This document shows positions 32,170-41,669 of a DNA stretch of 57,145 bases, piece after piece. The notes below the pieces were generated by a model, which was not told the origin of the DNA, did no database searches, and worked only from the letters and a program-made list of their open reading frames with translations. Every line of letters starts with the position of its first letter. The first letter of the stretch is position 1. The translations under genes were made by a program, and so were the position numbers. This stretch comes from a virus (lineage: Duplodnaviria > Caudoviricetes), in IMG/VR virus record IMGVR_UViG_3300023110_001858, positions 1 to 57,145 of that record. One strand, written 5' to 3'.

Positions 32170-32960
32170 TGGATATAGGAATTATTGGTTTAGGGGTTGT
32201 TGGAAAAGCCTGCCGTGCGGGTTTTGAACGCAGTGGATATTCAGTACATGTGCACGATACTGCAATGCATACAGATATTTCAAATGTGCTTAATACGGAA
32301 ATTTGTTACATTTGTGTTCCAACACCAAGTAATTCTGATGGTAGCTGCGATACTAATATTGTTCAAGACGTAGTAGAGCAATTGTTAAATGCAAATTATA
32401 ACGGCGTTATTGCTATCAAAAGCACAGTTACACCTGGAACAACACAAAGTTTAATTGATCTTTACAGTGATAGAATTGTGTTTGTGCCAGAATTTTTAAA
32501 AGAGCGTAGTGCAGAATATGATTTTATTTTTGATCATAAATTACTACTTGTTGGTACAGAAAATGTAAACCATTACTATACAGTAGTACGCAGTCACGGA
32601 GACTTACCTAAAAGTCAAATGCGTGTTTGTCCTAGTGAAGCTGAAATGATGAAATACTATCATAACACATTTAATGCAACACGTGTGGTATTTGCTAATG
32701 TGTTTTATGAAATGTGTCAAAGTTTAAACATAGACTATGATAAAGTAAAAGAAGCATTTTTAACAAACAACAATATGCCAGACGAATACTTGGATGTCAA
32801 GCCAGAACTTCGTGGATATGGTGGTGCTTGTTTACCAAAAGATGTATTAGCAAGTCAACAGTTTTGCGAAGCACATGGACTACCATTTGAGTTTTTTAAA
32901 ATGTTAAATGATGAAAACGATCGTCTTGTCAAAACTGTTTTTGAAGGTATGCGTTTATGA
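32169..32960 (+). CDS. UDP-glucose/GDP-mannose 6-dehydrogenase family protein, short form
   Basis: IGLGVVG, CVPTP, IKSTVTPGTT, PEFLKE, AEMMKY, GYGGACLPKD; ends shortly after the catalytic Cys motif. Confidence 0.85.
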   Translation: MDIGIIGLGVVGKACRAGFERSGYSVHVHDTAMHTDISNVLNTEICYICVPTPSNSDGSCDTNIVQDVVEQLLNANYNGVIAIKSTVTPGTTQSLIDLYSDRIVFVPEFLKERSAEYDFIFDHKLLLVGTENVNHYYTVVRSHGDLPKSQMRVCPSEAEMMKYYHNTFNATRVVFANVFYEMCQSLNIDYDKVKEAFLTNNNMPDEYLDVKPELRGYGGACLPKDVLASQQFCEAHGLPFEFFKMLNDENDRLVKTVFEGMRL

Positions 32961-33862
32961 TTTTTAAAATACATTTAGATGATGATAGCAACTTTGACGT
33001 TGATTTAATAGACAACGAGTTTGTCGCTTGGTGGGCCAATAATGTTGTTGACTTTGAACTTGCTGAAACAGAACACGCACAGCTTACAGGTGGAGGTCCA
33101 GACCACGAAGAAATGTTTCGTGAAAAGCTCAAAAATTTATTAGAAGGTATTGGTATGATACCAGAAGTACTGGGCTGTAACATACCCAGTGAATTTAAAA
33201 TTAACATTGATGACTATGATTATACTGACCGATTTGATATACAACATCAGATGAATATAATACACAGATGGGTTGTTAGTACAAGTCATCAAGTGCCCTA
33301 TCATATTGACAACAGTGAAGCAATTGCTGCAGTTCAAGTTGATCCAAGTATTAGTCAATATCCTGGATTAATTTGGAAATTAAACAAACTTGTACATGAA
33401 ACTGAAAGCACATATCCTAGACCCAGACATGACGAATGGATATGGGGAAATTACATTTACTGGGATCAGGATTTTGTTTTTGAAGATCGCAGTAAACTAA
33501 GATTTCACTGGGACGAAAAGTACAATAATTTGTTTACTACCAAGCGTCATGACATGTGGTTAGCAAAACGTATACTAGGTAAAGATTATCGTGAAGCATG
33601 GATTGACAACGATGATCCAACAGCGTATGATGTTACAAATATTGACAGTGTAGTCGGTTGGGCATTTGAAATAGACCCATTAACAGACACACAAGGATTT
33701 TATAACAGCAACAGTTTTCAATCGTGGCTAAGTAGTTATGAGAAGGACGGCTCTGATGCAACCATTGGTAGAATACCACTGGGAAATATTGTTAACAGAG
33801 ATTCATATGACTGGCAGAGAATACTAAAAACACGAAAAATTGTCAGGATTGAACTTGTATGA
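32957..33862 (+). CDS. Hypothetical protein, paralog of 50472..51320
   Basis: LNKLVHETES / LGKDYREAWIDND / IGRIPLGNI align with YNVCIHRTES / VGKPILDVFRDGD / IGVLPVADV. Confidence 0.7.
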   Translation: MIFKIHLDDDSNFDVDLIDNEFVAWWANNVVDFELAETEHAQLTGGGPDHEEMFREKLKNLLEGIGMIPEVLGCNIPSEFKINIDDYDYTDRFDIQHQMNIIHRWVVSTSHQVPYHIDNSEAIAAVQVDPSISQYPGLIWKLNKLVHETESTYPRPRHDEWIWGNYIYWDQDFVFEDRSKLRFHWDEKYNNLFTTKRHDMWLAKRILGKDYREAWIDNDDPTAYDVTNIDSVVGWAFEIDPLTDTQGFYNSNSFQSWLSSYEKDGSDATIGRIPLGNIVNRDSYDWQRILKTRKIVRIELV

Positions 33863-34233
33863 AAAACTGTCACTTACTAGAAGCAGAAATTTTTGAAGAC
33901 CACAGAGGCACAATACGTAGCTTTTATCCTGACGAAAACATTGTTGAGTGGAACCTGATGATTACAAAGCAAGGCGATGCACGTGGTTATCACTATCATC
34001 CACATTTTAATGAATATATGACAGTAGTTGAAGGACGCTGTATGTTTAAAGAATACAGTGACAAGATATACGAATGTGTATTAGAAGTCGGCGATAGTAT
34101 ACGTATACCAATTGGAACTGCGCATACGTTTATTGCACTAACAGATTTTAAATTTGTAAGTTTATTAACTAAACGCTGGCATGACAGCGATCCTCCCATA
34201 GTAAAGGTAGATGAAAATGGCAAACCCATTTGA
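33859..34233 (+). CDS. Cupin-fold NDP-sugar epimerase/isomerase (RmlC/FdtA-like)
   Basis: FEDHRG, RGYHYHPHFNEY, IPIGTAHTF. Confidence 0.75.
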   Translation: MKNCHLLEAEIFEDHRGTIRSFYPDENIVEWNLMITKQGDARGYHYHPHFNEYMTVVEGRCMFKEYSDKIYECVLEVGDSIRIPIGTAHTFIALTDFKFVSLLTKRWHDSDPPIVKVDENGKPI

Positions 34234-34825
34234 TACAGTACACGAGTTTGAAAATACTATAGCCAAGTATACTGGTGCACCCTGGGCAGTTGCAACAGAT
34301 TGTTGTTCACATGCGATATACTTGAGTTTGTACTGGGAAAAATATAGGAATAACGTAACAAGTATAGTTCTTCCTAAAAACACATATGTAAGTGTAGCAA
34401 TGCAAGCCAAACATTTGGGGCTTGATATAGAATTTAAAAATATAGAATGGAGCGGTGCATATAGTATTGGCGGCACAAATGTTATTGATAGTGCTGCACG
34501 TTTTACTAAAAATTGCTGGCAACCGCAAACAACGACTTGTTTAAGTTTTCAATTTAAAAAGATATTAAGTACAATACGTGGAGGCATGATACTAACAAAC
34601 AACTGGAGTTTTTATCAGTGGGCACAACGTGCAGTACATGATGGCAGAGACATGAGCATACCATATGAAGAAGATAATATAACACATTTGGGTTGGCATT
34701 ATTTTATGACGCCAGAATCAGCACAAATGGGTTTAGATAATTTTGCTAAACTTCCCGAGTATAATGACGACTGTGCAGGAAGTTATACATATCCAGATAT
34801 AAGTTATGTAAAGGATATTGAATGA
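34211..34825 (+). CDS. DegT/DnrJ/EryC1/StrS-family PLP-dependent sugar aminotransferase, short form
   Basis: EFENTIAKYTGA..AVATDCCSHA, IDSAA, CLSFQFKKILSTIRGGMILT (PLP Lys region). Confidence 0.8.
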   Translation: MKMANPFDTVHEFENTIAKYTGAPWAVATDCCSHAIYLSLYWEKYRNNVTSIVLPKNTYVSVAMQAKHLGLDIEFKNIEWSGAYSIGGTNVIDSAARFTKNCWQPQTTTCLSFQFKKILSTIRGGMILTNNWSFYQWAQRAVHDGRDMSIPYEEDNITHLGWHYFMTPESAQMGLDNFAKLPEYNDDCAGSYTYPDISYVKDIE

Positions 34826-36681
34826 ATAAACTAGTTGCGTTTGGTTGTAGTCTAACACTAGGAGAAGCATTAGAAAATCCTGAAGATTCATGGCCTGCAG
34901 TGTTAGCAAGATTGGAAAATTTAGAATTAGATAACTGTGGTATATCAGGATTTAGTAACAAACAAATTTATCATTATGCACTTAAATATCCTGACTATCA
35001 GCCCGGAGATTTAGTAGTTATATCTTGGACACACATTCATAGACATACTAAAATAGAAAACTATGCTGAAATAGAACGTAAAGATTTAAATCCAACATAT
35101 CTACCAGGCGAGATAATTGATAGAACTTGGCGAGATCGAATTCGTAATGCACTGGGAAAAGTTAGTGAAAACGATATAAAAACATTTTATTTTGAGCATA
35201 TACACAATCATGAAGAAGAAGTTATAAACTTATATAGCTATATGAATCATTTGCAACTGTATTTGCAAACCCTGGGATGTAGAGTTATACAATTAGTCCA
35301 GGTACCTGACAGTAATTGGAATCGTACAGAGTTGCCAGCTAATAACTGGAATCTGGTTAATGTACCAGGAATATATTTGTCAATGATGCGTAGAAATTAC
35401 GGCAAAGCATTGGACAATTGGCACCCCAATGGTGAGTGCTATCGAGATTATGCCAAAACAATACATAAGTGGAGTAAAATAATGGCAAACGTAAAACATG
35501 TAACAAACTGCAGAAGTTGCGGTACTGAATTATCAAAAACAGTTTTTGATATGGGAGAATTAAAAATTAATGCATTTATGCCAGGAGCACATACAGATAT
35601 TGGTAGTGCGCCACTTACACTAATGCATTGTGAAGAGTGTGATTTGATACAATTAAGTCATACAGTTAGAGAAGAAGACTTATATAAAAATTACTGGTAC
35701 TTGTCAAGTTTAAACAAAAAAATTGTGGATAATTTAAAGAGTATTGTCCAAGACGTTAGTGCAGAAGTAAAACTAAAACAAGATGATATTGTGCTAGATA
35801 TTGGTGCCAATGATGGAACGTTGTTAAGTTTTTATAATAAAAAAATGGTTACACGTGTTGGCTGTGACCCAGCAGAAAATATACACAAGCAACTAAAGAA
35901 AAAATGTGATATTATGATTGGCGATTTTTTTAACTTGGATAACTGGCGTAAAACAGTGGGAAGTCGTAAAGCAAAAATTGTTACCACTGTTGCTATGTTT
36001 TATGACTTGGACGACCCCAACAGCTTTGTAAATGATGTTAAACAAATATTACGTAAAGACGGCGTGTGGCTTTGTCAACTTATGACTGCAAAACCAATGC
36101 TAGATTCAAATGATTTAGGAAATGTTATTCATGAACATATCGAGTATTATACTTACAAAAGTTTAGTTAACCTTATGGAAAGACACGGCTTGGAAATATT
36201 TGATGTACGTGAAAACGACATCAATGGGGGCAGCTATCAGCTGTATATTAGACATCGTAAAACTGGTAGTATTGAATATCCTGAAAACATTAACAGTGAA
36301 GTCATCGACCAGTGGGCAGCAAATATCGAACACAATCGTGATGTAACAAAAGAGTTTATGGCACGTGAAACATATGCTGGTAAGAAAATTTATATCATGG
36401 GTGCTAGCACCAAAGGTAACACTATTATGCAGTATTATGGTTTAGACGAAGAGTGGATTACTGGTGCTGCAGAAATACATCCAGATAAAATTGGTAAATA
36501 TCTTGTAGGAACTAGTATTCCTATTGTACACGAAGACGATGCAAAAGCGGATGCAGATTACTTCCTAGTGTTCCCCTTTCATTTTAAAGAATTATTTGTT
36601 AATAAGATTATGAAAGACTGGATTGATCAGGGTGGTAAACTAATATTTTGTACACCGGAGTTTGAGGTAGTTGGAAAATAA
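34822..36681 (+). CDS. In-frame fusion: SGNH-like domain (about 220 aa) + NDP-hexose C-methyltransferase (internal start 35482)
   Basis: N-part FGCSLTLGE, GISGFSN, DNWHP; C-part CRSCG...CEECDLIQL (Zn), LDIGANDGTLL, HEHIEYY, GASTKGNT; GGAG RBS 35471-74 before ATG 35482. Confidence 0.8.
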   Translation: MNKLVAFGCSLTLGEALENPEDSWPAVLARLENLELDNCGISGFSNKQIYHYALKYPDYQPGDLVVISWTHIHRHTKIENYAEIERKDLNPTYLPGEIIDRTWRDRIRNALGKVSENDIKTFYFEHIHNHEEEVINLYSYMNHLQLYLQTLGCRVIQLVQVPDSNWNRTELPANNWNLVNVPGIYLSMMRRNYGKALDNWHPNGECYRDYAKTIHKWSKIMANVKHVTNCRSCGTELSKTVFDMGELKINAFMPGAHTDIGSAPLTLMHCEECDLIQLSHTVREEDLYKNYWYLSSLNKKIVDNLKSIVQDVSAEVKLKQDDIVLDIGANDGTLLSFYNKKMVTRVGCDPAENIHKQLKKKCDIMIGDFFNLDNWRKTVGSRKAKIVTTVAMFYDLDDPNSFVNDVKQILRKDGVWLCQLMTAKPMLDSNDLGNVIHEHIEYYTYKSLVNLMERHGLEIFDVRENDINGGSYQLYIRHRKTGSIEYPENINSEVIDQWAANIEHNRDVTKEFMARETYAGKKIYIMGASTKGNTIMQYYGLDEEWITGAAEIHPDKIGKYLVGTSIPIVHEDDAKADADYFLVFPFHFKELFVNKIMKDWIDQGGKLIFCTPEFEVVGK

Positions 36682-37684
36682 AACAATACTAGTAATAGGA
36701 TGTAGCTTTAGTGCTAGCGGAAACCACAATGATGCAAACGTAAATGACACCAGTGTTCCTATTCATCCCAGATTTTCATGGCCACGTTTAATAAGCGAAC
36801 GACTAAATTGTCGGGTTGTTAATGCCAGTGTGCCTGGTACTAGTTTGGCCTTCCATGCTAGCATATACGAACGATTAATTGAACAACATAAACCTGATTT
36901 AGTTTTATTTCAAATAACATATTCAACTAGAACTACTATAACAACAAGCAAAAATATTGAACACGATTTGTTACTTGATTGTCAGTGGGAAAACTACCAC
37001 GAAAATTATCAGTATATTTTATATAGTAGTAAACAGTACTTTGATAACAATAGTGATTATCATTTGACAAATGAATTTGATGGCATGGATTGGCAATTGC
37101 CAACAGATTGGACTTTTTTAAGATTTTGCTACAGTTGGACACAACGATATAGAATGATATATCAACTTTTTGATAATTGGATTAACGAAAGCAGTCAGAA
37201 TAAGATATTTGATGTTGATCATCAAAAGAGACCAATTTGGTTAAATGAAATAGAAAAGAATCAATATGTAGAACCAGATTTTTATCGTAAAAAACTTGAG
37301 TTAATGCCTCAAAACCAAATGCAAGAATTAATGGCAATGGCAGTTGTTCATTATTCATTGGCTCATGATGAGGGAAATCACATAACACAAAAAACTTTTG
37401 AGCATATTATTGCTGGTATAAAATATAAACTCAATGCTTTAAAAATTCCTCATGTCATATTTTCCTGGGACAGTTTAACAGAAAAAAATGTAGAAAACAA
37501 AATTGTTCCTATTAATGATACTATCTTGTATCCAGACAATTGTGTAAACTTTAGTGTATATGATAGTATACCAGATCGTGAATTGTATGCCTTGGATCGT
37601 ATGTTACATTTAGATAGACATGGCCATGAAAAGGTTGCTGATTTAGTTAATAAATATATTAAAACGGTACTTAATGATGGATGA
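36671..37684 (+). CDS. SGNH/GDSL-like protein (possible acyltransferase/esterase)
   Basis: LVIGCSFS, SWP, NASVPGTS, PDLVLFQIT, DRMLHLDRHGHEKVA. Confidence 0.55.
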   Translation: MENKTILVIGCSFSASGNHNDANVNDTSVPIHPRFSWPRLISERLNCRVVNASVPGTSLAFHASIYERLIEQHKPDLVLFQITYSTRTTITTSKNIEHDLLLDCQWENYHENYQYILYSSKQYFDNNSDYHLTNEFDGMDWQLPTDWTFLRFCYSWTQRYRMIYQLFDNWINESSQNKIFDVDHQKRPIWLNEIEKNQYVEPDFYRKKLELMPQNQMQELMAMAVVHYSLAHDEGNHITQKTFEHIIAGIKYKLNALKIPHVIFSWDSLTEKNVENKIVPINDTILYPDNCVNFSVYDSIPDRELYALDRMLHLDRHGHEKVADLVNKYIKTVLNDG

Positions 37685-39008
37685 AAAAACAAAAAAAGCA
37701 ATGCATAAAGCCAACGAGGAATATGCAAAAGCTGACCTATTTCACTTTAATGAAAGAGTAAAAACATACATTGATACAAATGTTGACAGGGTATGTATTA
37801 TTTTTTATGGACAGCCCAGGTATCTTGGCACTGAACTCTGGGAAAAAGAAAGTCTTTCGATTTATTTGGAAGCAAAAAAATTACACCCTAAAAAACCAAT
37901 TGATTGCTTTTTTGTCATATGGACACATGATACCATAGATAGACATTTGTTAGCAACTGACAGATTTGATCCTTTAAGAATTGGCTTACCAGTAAGTGAT
38001 ACAAAATTACGTAACATGGATCTTTTAGATGCTTATCATCTTGCTGAAAAAACATTTTTTGATGATTGCTCTGGAGATGATAGAATTTATGGTAAAATAC
38101 CAGTTAAAAAAGATTTAGTTGAAAGGTATATCTATGACAAATTTATTTTTGCTAACAATATAACAATTTGTTGGTATGACCCATATGAACTAAGTCATCT
38201 CTATACCACTGATCTTAAAGCATGGATGCGCAATCGTCCAGAATTTGAAAACTATGATATACAGTATATTAAAGAAAATAGCTTACTTTGGTTAAGTCAA
38301 CATGCGGTTATGGAATGGGTTTTCTATGATAATAGAGAATATTTTGATAGTTTAAGTAGGAATAGTTTAATTTTTAAAACACGTTACGATATACAAAAAA
38401 TGCATAGAGAAAACATTGAATCTCGTTTTAATTTATGGAGTGCATTGGGCTGCTTTATGCTTGGAACAACCGGACAAATTTCAGATGTACATAGATATGA
38501 AGATCCACTTAAAGACAGTTTACATAATTTTGTTGAGCACGAAGGAAACTTAATAGATTTATATCCAGCAGTTGGGTATAGTACTACAACACACGGCGGC
38601 ACTGAAGTATTAAAAGGTTTGGTTGACAGTGTTGATTACTGGTTTGTTTTTGATCCTACTGGATTTTCTCATTATGCTAGAAATTTTAGAAAATGGGTAT
38701 TTGATGATCCTGTGGAAAAATATCCAAAAATACCAAACCCTGTTGCAAAAGTTGCAGGAAGAATAGATGATGGATATGGTATATGGAAACGTACTCCAGA
38801 AAGGTTAATACATAAATTTTTTATTGAAGAGCAATTTACATTAATTCCAATAGCCAATCATTGGAGATGGCAATATCCTGCATTTTGTATGTTTCGACGT
38901 GGCACAGAAACAACAAGAGATTTACATCGTTGGCATTTTTATGATTGGGATGAAGCTCGTGTTAATGAACTCTTTATTTTTGATCCAGAGGTAGTTGATG
39001 ATCTTTAA
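37674..39008 (+). CDS. Hypothetical protein, possible glycosyltransferase-like; paralog of 39836
   Basis: CIIFYGQPR, SLIFKTRYD, DYW, PE motifs shared with 39836..41053. Confidence 0.55.
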   Translation: MMDEKTKKAMHKANEEYAKADLFHFNERVKTYIDTNVDRVCIIFYGQPRYLGTELWEKESLSIYLEAKKLHPKKPIDCFFVIWTHDTIDRHLLATDRFDPLRIGLPVSDTKLRNMDLLDAYHLAEKTFFDDCSGDDRIYGKIPVKKDLVERYIYDKFIFANNITICWYDPYELSHLYTTDLKAWMRNRPEFENYDIQYIKENSLLWLSQHAVMEWVFYDNREYFDSLSRNSLIFKTRYDIQKMHRENIESRFNLWSALGCFMLGTTGQISDVHRYEDPLKDSLHNFVEHEGNLIDLYPAVGYSTTTHGGTEVLKGLVDSVDYWFVFDPTGFSHYARNFRKWVFDDPVEKYPKIPNPVAKVAGRIDDGYGIWKRTPERLIHKFFIEEQFTLIPIANHWRWQYPAFCMFRRGTETTRDLHRWHFYDWDEARVNELFIFDPEVVDDL

Positions 39009-39852
39009 TTCATTACCATCGTTTTTAAACAAATGCCGTGAATTAGAACCACGTATGCATGACTGTTCAGCTGATTTTGAGAATGATATTAATATTAGAA
39101 CATATGCTAATTTGTATTATGATGATCGAAAACTGTGGCAAGAGCTGCACAACTATCCATTATATGTGCTTAATAAAACTACAAACATTGCATACTTAAT
39201 ATTATGTAGTAGTAGCGAACATGAATTTTTAAGACGTCATTTGGATGATGACGACTACGTTGTAACTCCACAGGTACTTGACGATACAATTGTTTGGACT
39301 TTATTAACACACCCACTTGTTAGATTTTGCAAAGTTTACAAATTTAATTCACACTGGTTAGGAACTCGTATATCTGGACATCCTAGTGGATACTTCCAAT
39401 TGGGAACATCTATTGTTGATCAAGTACTTGATTTTAACACGTGGCCATGGGTAAATCAAGCTGATATTATCGGCCAATCTCGTGTTGATTGTATTATATA
39501 TTCAGATCTTTTAACTTGTCGATTCCCTACACATCCAATTGAAAATAAATTGTTAAATGAAGTAAATTTACTTGCAGAAGCTAGTAATAAATGGAATGAC
39601 GTTTATGATAAAATTGACGTTTGGCCTCCAGGCGATCCATTTCATTGTGTATTAAAAAATCATCCTTACTTGGAAGAAAGTGTTCATGAAATTATTATTC
39701 AAAACCCAGCAATGCTAGATAAATTTCAAAAAAATTATCAAAAAGATTATACATTAATTAACGATCATAATGAAAATCTTATACATAAAACATCATATGA
39801 TCAATATTGGGCATGGTTAGAACACGGGGAAAATTATGACTTATACAACTAA
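38995..39852 (+). CDS. Hypothetical protein, weak sulfotransferase family 2-like
   Basis: LLTHPLVRF and YQKDYTL recall the RxPxxRF and YxxDFxL motifs; no clear PSB loop. Confidence 0.4.
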   Translation: MMIFNSLPSFLNKCRELEPRMHDCSADFENDINIRTYANLYYDDRKLWQELHNYPLYVLNKTTNIAYLILCSSSEHEFLRRHLDDDDYVVTPQVLDDTIVWTLLTHPLVRFCKVYKFNSHWLGTRISGHPSGYFQLGTSIVDQVLDFNTWPWVNQADIIGQSRVDCIIYSDLLTCRFPTHPIENKLLNEVNLLAEASNKWNDVYDKIDVWPPGDPFHCVLKNHPYLEESVHEIIIQNPAMLDKFQKNYQKDYTLINDHNENLIHKTSYDQYWAWLEHGENYDLYN

Positions 39853-41053
39853 TGAATTAAAACTTAAAGTTGACAAGTTTGTAATTGTGCTTGTAGGATC
39901 ACCACGTGGTGTTTCTACACGAACCTGGGTTAGAAATGTGCCAGATCAGATACGTTATACATTGGATAATCGTAGTACTGTTACAAATAAAAACCGTTAT
40001 AACCTTGAACGTTTAGGACATCATCCAGATAATCGTCCTGAATTACACATATGTTGTGTAACAGGTGAATACGATTCCAGCGATAGGTATTTTGAAGGAG
40101 AAGATCATACTATTGCTGGTTTGGATCCTGATCCGTTTTTTCCAAAAATACATGGAGTTGATCATGTAAGTGATGAGTTATACAGCCGCTGGCAAAAAGC
40201 TAGAGAAGTCAGTGACGAAATGTTTAGAGATATTTCATTTGGCAATGATAAACATAAACTTCCAACAATGCGTGGTAAAATTCCCATTAAAAAAGATAAA
40301 TGGGAAGCCTATCAACGGCGTGTTTGGAACTTTGCTGATAGTGTAAACTTTAGTTATCCTGATCCATATGATGAAGCCAACAGTTGGCAAGAACACTTTA
40401 AATTTAAAAGTCATGTATTACCACAAGGATTAGGAAAAACACCACAAGCAATGAACCAGTTTCTTCATTTTTGTAATGCTTACAGTGACAATTTAGAGCT
40501 TTTTAATAGTTTAACAGAAAACAGTGTTGTATTGAGAATTCGCTGGGATATACATTTAGGTGCCACAATGTGGGAACTTGCACATGGACTATTAAGAGCA
40601 GCGTTCTATAATCAACTAAACGGTGAGAAAAGTCATGTACAACATTTTGAAGGATTTGACGTGACTCCACTTGCACTTTGTCAAGGCTTGACATTTATTA
40701 GAGGATTCTTAACTGCAACTGACTACTGGCATGCTTTTGATGGAACAGGCGCACAGAAATTTGGAAAATATTTTAAACAATGGATGCTTGATGATCCTGA
40801 CAGACGTGCACTACATGCTAACATAACAGACTGGCAAAAACCAATTACAAAACACAATCCGTTTAAAATACCGGAATCAACTGTCATGATGTTTTTGCAA
40901 GATCAAAATTATACTATATATGATTTTAAAGGAAAAACATCTGAGGAAAACTTATTACAAAGTTTTAAAACACTGTTGACTGATCAATGGAGATATGAAT
41001 GGTATGAATGGACACCGGAAATGGTAGAAAGGTTAAGAAAATATGCAACTTAG
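39836..41053 (+). CDS. Hypothetical protein, paralog of 37674
   Basis: VIVLVGSPR, GKIPIKKD, NSVVLRIRWD, DYWHAFD, WYEW. Confidence 0.55.
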   Translation: MTYTTNELKLKVDKFVIVLVGSPRGVSTRTWVRNVPDQIRYTLDNRSTVTNKNRYNLERLGHHPDNRPELHICCVTGEYDSSDRYFEGEDHTIAGLDPDPFFPKIHGVDHVSDELYSRWQKAREVSDEMFRDISFGNDKHKLPTMRGKIPIKKDKWEAYQRRVWNFADSVNFSYPDPYDEANSWQEHFKFKSHVLPQGLGKTPQAMNQFLHFCNAYSDNLELFNSLTENSVVLRIRWDIHLGATMWELAHGLLRAAFYNQLNGEKSHVQHFEGFDVTPLALCQGLTFIRGFLTATDYWHAFDGTGAQKFGKYFKQWMLDDPDRRALHANITDWQKPITKHNPFKIPESTVMMFLQDQNYTIYDFKGKTSEENLLQSFKTLLTDQWRYEWYEWTPEMVERLRKYAT

Positions 41054-41669
41054 TCTTAGTTATATTTGCGACAGTTGGCCACGTATACGTGACACATATG
41101 TAGCATTAGATTGTAATACAAAATACGATATGAGCTTACACATGGACTTCATGGATGGCCAGTTTGTACCACGTTTGGGTACACATCCAGAAACTATTGA
41201 CGAAGCTCGTAAGCATTTTGCAGGACACATTGATGTACATGCAATGATACAGAGTAACAGCAATGCTTGGAATGACATATTAGCTAGTAGTGCAGATGTA
41301 ATTTACGCACACTACGAAAGTTTTCATAGTGAGCAACAATGTGTAGATTTTTTAAGTAGAGACACCAGATTAAAACTTGCATTTAAACCTTTCCATACTA
41401 TTGCACAAATAGACAGTATATGCGAACGACTAGATGTAGACGACTTCCTGTTAATGGCATACAACCCTGGCATTAAAGTACAAACAGCGTTTTACAATTT
41501 AGAAACATTGACAGACACTGAACGTTATGTTACAGTAGATGGTGGTGTAACTTATGAGACACTCAAACGCTGGGAAAATGCTCCTAACATACGGTTAGTA
41601 GCAGGTAGCAAAATTATATTCAATGATGACTATGAAGAGAATATGCAAAGGTTAATAGATGGCGTATAA
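41043..41669 (+). CDS. Ribulose-phosphate 3-epimerase family protein (Rpe/AlsE-like)
   Basis: HMDFMDGQFVP, DVHAM, LMAYNPG, VDGGV, VAGS. Confidence 0.85.
   Translation: MQLSLSYICDSWPRIRDTYVALDCNTKYDMSLHMDFMDGQFVPRLGTHPETIDEARKHFAGHIDVHAMIQSNSNAWNDILASSADVIYAHYESFHSEQQCVDFLSRDTRLKLAFKPFHTIAQIDSICERLDVDDFLLMAYNPGIKVQTAFYNLETLTDTERYVTVDGGVTYETLKRWENAPNIRLVAGSKIIFNDDYEENMQRLIDGV

Noticed and set aside
41043-41669. Simple pentose-phosphate auxiliary metabolic gene rpe
   Set aside because: Divergent sequence embedded in a nucleotidyltransferase/SIS/HAD module; substrate uncertain, so no symbol given.
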